Of a DNA stretch of 10,249 nt, positions 7,513 through 10,249 are shown piece after piece. The position numbers were made by a program, and so were the translations under genes. Below the pieces are notes generated by a model. The model had not been told where the DNA came from. It saw only the letters and a program-made list of their open reading frames with translations, and searched no databases. The stretch is from Ignavibacteria bacterium (lineage in GTDB: Bacteria; Elusimicrobiota; Endomicrobiia; PHAN01), in contig JBGFRZ010000081.1 in assembly GCA_041694835.1 (NCBI GenBank), positions 1-10,249 on the forward strand, given 5' to 3'. The number at the start of each line of letters is the position of its first letter. Position 1 is the stretch's first letter.

Positions 7513-7567
7513 ATCCTCTCCGAATTTAATTATTGATTACTGGAGGCGACGGCGATTTTACAATGCA

Positions 7568-9064
7568 TCAGCCAATCATAAAAAATCTTTTTATCTTGTC
7601 CTTTAATGATTCTCTGAACATTTCTATTCCCTTTTGGGGCTCGCTCTTTTTTCCCATCATTTCCATAAGTTCCTGTTTTTTTGATATTAGATTCCTCGCA
7701 AGTATTTCCGCCATAGAAGGATTCTTCTGAATAATCTCTTTAAAGTCATCTTTCTCTATAATGTAAAAAACGCTTTTCTCATCTGCTATTATTGTCGCCG
7801 AACAAGGCTCTCCGGTCAACAGACTCATCTCTCCAAAATAATCGCCCGGACCCAGCGACGCAACCGGCTTCACCCCGTATTCCCCTTCAAGATATACCTT
7901 GACGCTCCCCCTGGCCAGGATGAAAAACGACTCGCCGGGGGTGGTTTGTTTTATCACGACTTCACCCTTAAGGTAAGTTTTCGTTTTGACTCTTTCGAAT
8001 ATGTCCTCCATAAGATTTTCCGTCAGACCGGAAAAAATCGGCACTTTCTCAAGAAATCCTTTCATCCCGTTCAAAGAAGTTTTTTCCGTAGCGAGCGATG
8101 CGTTGATAATCGTTCTAATCGGGTAGGGTATCTCTATATCCTCTCTCCTAAAGGCGTACCATATCCTTGTGTTTATTTCATCGAGAATCTCTATTTTTTT
8201 GGAAAAATCCGATATCCAGAATGTTAGGTTGTATGTTATGGCGAAATCTCCGAATGATACAACGAAAACCTTCGGAGAAGGGTCTGATAATATCCCGTCA
8301 ATGTTACGGGTTATTCCGAATAATGTTTCTTTTACTTTAAGAGGTGGAACCCTGTAAGATGTACCAATCGGAACCACGCATCTGTGAATTCCTTCCCCTG
8401 TGTATTTATAAATCTCATTTGCGACAACGTTATTCGTGGGGATTATTATGTGATCGCCGTCGAATGTCCTGACCGTAATGCGGGCCCAATTCATAGCGAT
8501 TATCTTTCCGTCGCTGCCAGAACAACCGATCCAATCTCCCTCTTTAAGAACCCTGCCGAGGACTATCCCTGCAAGAAATTTTTTTATGGTGTCCTGAAGA
8601 GCGAAAGCGATGCCGGCGGTTAGAACCGTGGGAATGGCCACAAGAGCGAGAAGGTTGATTTTAAGTATCGTGCCCAGAAGAACTATCAGAACCAAAACAT
8701 ACAAAACTAAAAATATCACTTTCCTCAGCGGTGGAAAAACATATGTCTTTCTGACATTTATAAGATAATAATCAACCGCAAAAACATCGAGAACTTCTAT
8801 CGCAAAATAGCCGGATATCGCCAGCATGGCGAATAGCACATAATTCAAAAGTTTTTCGCTTATTATGTTTTCCAGTGGAGAGTTTATCAGAAAGGATAAA
8901 AACGCCAGCAAAAAAACGGCTATAAAATAACTTACCTTCAGCCTTTTTGGAAACTTAAATTCTCTTCTTAAAAATAGATAAACTATTGCCACATATATGA
9001 TGGCCGAAAAAAACAGGACCGCAAATGCCAATACCGACGGCGCTATGTAGTTCGCCATAATCAT
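7568..9064 (-). CDS. MscS-family mechanosensitive channel with C-terminal cyclic-nucleotide-binding domain (bCNG-like)
   Basis: MscS motifs GIAFALQDTIKKFLAGI, GDWI, IIIPTN, FGDFAITYNLTFW and IEIPYP. cNMP domain LEKVPIFSGL...GEVVIKQ...FFILARGSVKV...GDYFGEMSLLTGEPCSATIIA. Start could be 9064 or 9058. Confidence 0.93.
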   Translation of the reverse strand: MIMANYIAPSVLAFAVLFFSAIIYVAIVYLFLRREFKFPKRLKVSYFIAVFLLAFLSFLINSPLENIISEKLLNYVLFAMLAISGYFAIEVLDVFAVDYYLINVRKTYVFPPLRKVIFLVLYVLVLIVLLGTILKINLLALVAIPTVLTAGIAFALQDTIKKFLAGIVLGRVLKEGDWIGCSGSDGKIIAMNWARITVRTFDGDHIIIPTNNVVANEIYKYTGEGIHRCVVPIGTSYRVPPLKVKETLFGITRNIDGILSDPSPKVFVVSFGDFAITYNLTFWISDFSKKIEILDEINTRIWYAFRREDIEIPYPIRTIINASLATEKTSLNGMKGFLEKVPIFSGLTENLMEDIFERVKTKTYLKGEVVIKQTTPGESFFILARGSVKVYLEGEYGVKPVASLGPGDYFGEMSLLTGEPCSATIIADEKSVFYIIEKDDFKEIIQKNPSMAEILARNLISKKQELMEMMGKKSEPQKGIEMFRESLKDKIKRFFMIG

Positions 9065-9079
9065 AATATTATTAAATTA

Positions 9080-9187
9080 TTAAACTTTTTTCAACTCTTT
9101 CAGATACCCCGGATTAACCCGAGCGGCGATGTCGTCCTTTGACGTTTCAAGAATTCCCGGATGATTTTTAAAAGACACTGAATTGTT
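9080..9187 (-). pseudogene. Possible 3' remnant of a gene truncated by insertion
   Basis: Open frame NSVSFKNHPGILETSKDDIAARVNPGYLKELKKV* ends 15 bp upstream of the MscS start. It is GC-richer than its flanks and has no ATG or RBS. Confidence 0.35.
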
Positions 9188-9223
9188 TCAATTTGTTCCT
9201 AATTTCGTCAAACCCTACATTTT

Positions 9224-9922
9224 TTACTTTGTAAGCACCATAAGAGAATATCCACCTAACACCCGGACTGTCATATCTTTGCTTAATTTATACATCATTT
9301 TTCGGGGAAATTTTGCTAACCAGGACTTGAATGATTTAGCAGGCAAATCAATCGAACTCCCAGTGTAAAAATAATCGATAATTTCATAACCTGTGTCAAT
9401 CAATGTTGCTATCGCTGTTTCTTTTGTAAAATAATGAATATGCCCTGCACTTTGTCGCCCTTTAAGAATTGGAGAACTCCGGAGAACCGCTTGTAGTGAT
9501 AGGTCCAATGGAATGTGAAATATCTTATACAAACCCTTTTCACGTAGTTTCTTCAGAAAACCCAAATAATCTTCAACATGTTCAAGTAAATCAATAGCCA
9601 ACACCATATCAAAGAATGTCTTTTCATCTTCAATTAAATTTTTCAAATAAAATTGTAATCTATCTTTCTTTCTCTGTTGGCAAAGCTCAAATGCTTGTGG
9701 CGATATTTCATAACCTGCAAAAGAAACATCGTCAGGCATCTGAAGGTACAGCTGATGAAGTATCTCTCCGGCGCCACAACCAACTTCGCAAATTGAATGC
9801 GGCTGAAGTCTATTATTAGTAATAATTTTCAGGATTTGTTTGGCTTTCCAAGGGGAATCTTCAATGTGCCATGTTGGATTTTTTTCAAGATATTCACCTG
9901 CTATATACATTTTTTCACTCAT
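9224..9922 (-). CDS. Class I SAM-dependent methyltransferase
   Basis: Motif I ICEVGCGAG, acidic motif GYEIS, and FDMVLAIDLLEHVED. AGGAG RBS at 9935-9931. Confidence 0.9.
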   Translation of the reverse strand: MSEKMYIAGEYLEKNPTWHIEDSPWKAKQILKIITNNRLQPHSICEVGCGAGEILHQLYLQMPDDVSFAGYEISPQAFELCQQRKKDRLQFYLKNLIEDEKTFFDMVLAIDLLEHVEDYLGFLKKLREKGLYKIFHIPLDLSLQAVLRSSPILKGRQSAGHIHYFTKETAIATLIDTGYEIIDYFYTGSSIDLPAKSFKSWLAKFPRKMMYKLSKDMTVRVLGGYSLMVLTK

Positions 9923-9947
9923 AAAAATTACTCCTATCTATTATTGC

Positions 9948-10125
9948 TGTGCCTTTCACGAAATTATTTTGTCGTCGGATAATCTTAAAACTACTTTTCT
10001 TTTTGCCCTCCTGCCAATTTTACCGACGAGCAACCTTTCTGAATTTATCATAAACTTACCTTTTTTGCCCACTTTTTAGTGGAGAGGGTGATTTTTGCGA
10101 CTGCTTTAATTTCGTGAAAGGCGCA
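9948..10125. mobile_element. MITE-like non-autonomous element / internally deleted IS (178 bp)
   Basis: TGTGCCTTTCACGAAATTA (9948-9966) versus reverse complement of 10107-10125, TGCGCCTTTCACGAAATTA: 18/19 identical. No coding capacity and no clear target-site duplication. Confidence 0.65.
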
Positions 10126-10139
10126 ACTTTTAGTATAAT

Positions 10140-10249
10140 GAGAGTGTTGAAAAAGTCAGTATTTAGCAAAGCCAGCGCCATTTAGCCGGTAGGTTTAGCA
10201 ATTTATGTTTGAAAAATTGCTGACAGTTCTTTCAATTTCTGAATTTTCT
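10140..10249 (+). mobile_element. Possible end of a further IS (IS5/IS1182-like terminus), continuing beyond the window
   Basis: GAGAGTGTTGAAAAAGTC at 10140-10157 resembles GTTGAAAAA-containing IS termini as I recall them. No partner or transposase lies in the window. Confidence 0.3.

Noticed and set aside
10129-10140. TTTAGTATAATG identical to the - strand at 92-81 in the IS3 end
   Set aside because: Only 12 AT-rich bases centred on a -10 consensus, with no extended similarity and no convincing -35.
9084-10157. GAAAGAGTTGAAAAAAGT (- strand, 9101-9084) and GAGAGTGTTGAAAAAGT (10140) as TIRs around the methyltransferase
   Set aside because: Read as IS ends they point away from the gene, and the match is low-complexity and likely coincidental.

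Overview
Bacterial chromosomal window (host not identifiable from sequence alone). It opens with the left end of an IS3-family (IS150-like) element (25-bp IR plus the first 15 codons of OrfA on the - strand). Next come a 53-aa small gene missed by the ORF track and bracketed by CTTGTGCT-type repeats, a stretch of palindromic REP-like DNA, and a NupC-type nucleoside transporter. A ~430-bp array of four ACGCAGAT/ATCTGCGT hairpins with variable interiors separates this from an orphan Cache-HAMP histidine kinase and a small Zn-ribbon membrane protein. Convergent with these is a compact - strand cluster: MscS channel fused to a cNMP-binding domain, CHASE2 class III adenylate cyclase, DUF3307 membrane protein and thioredoxin. 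The right end holds a probable gene remnant, an AT-richer SAM methyltransferase, a 178-bp MITE-like element with 19-bp TIRs and a possible further IS end. The best leads are the putative self-contained cAMP module (whose channel has Cys in place of the conserved cNMP-binding Arg), the hierarchical hairpin array and the repeat-flanked small gene.
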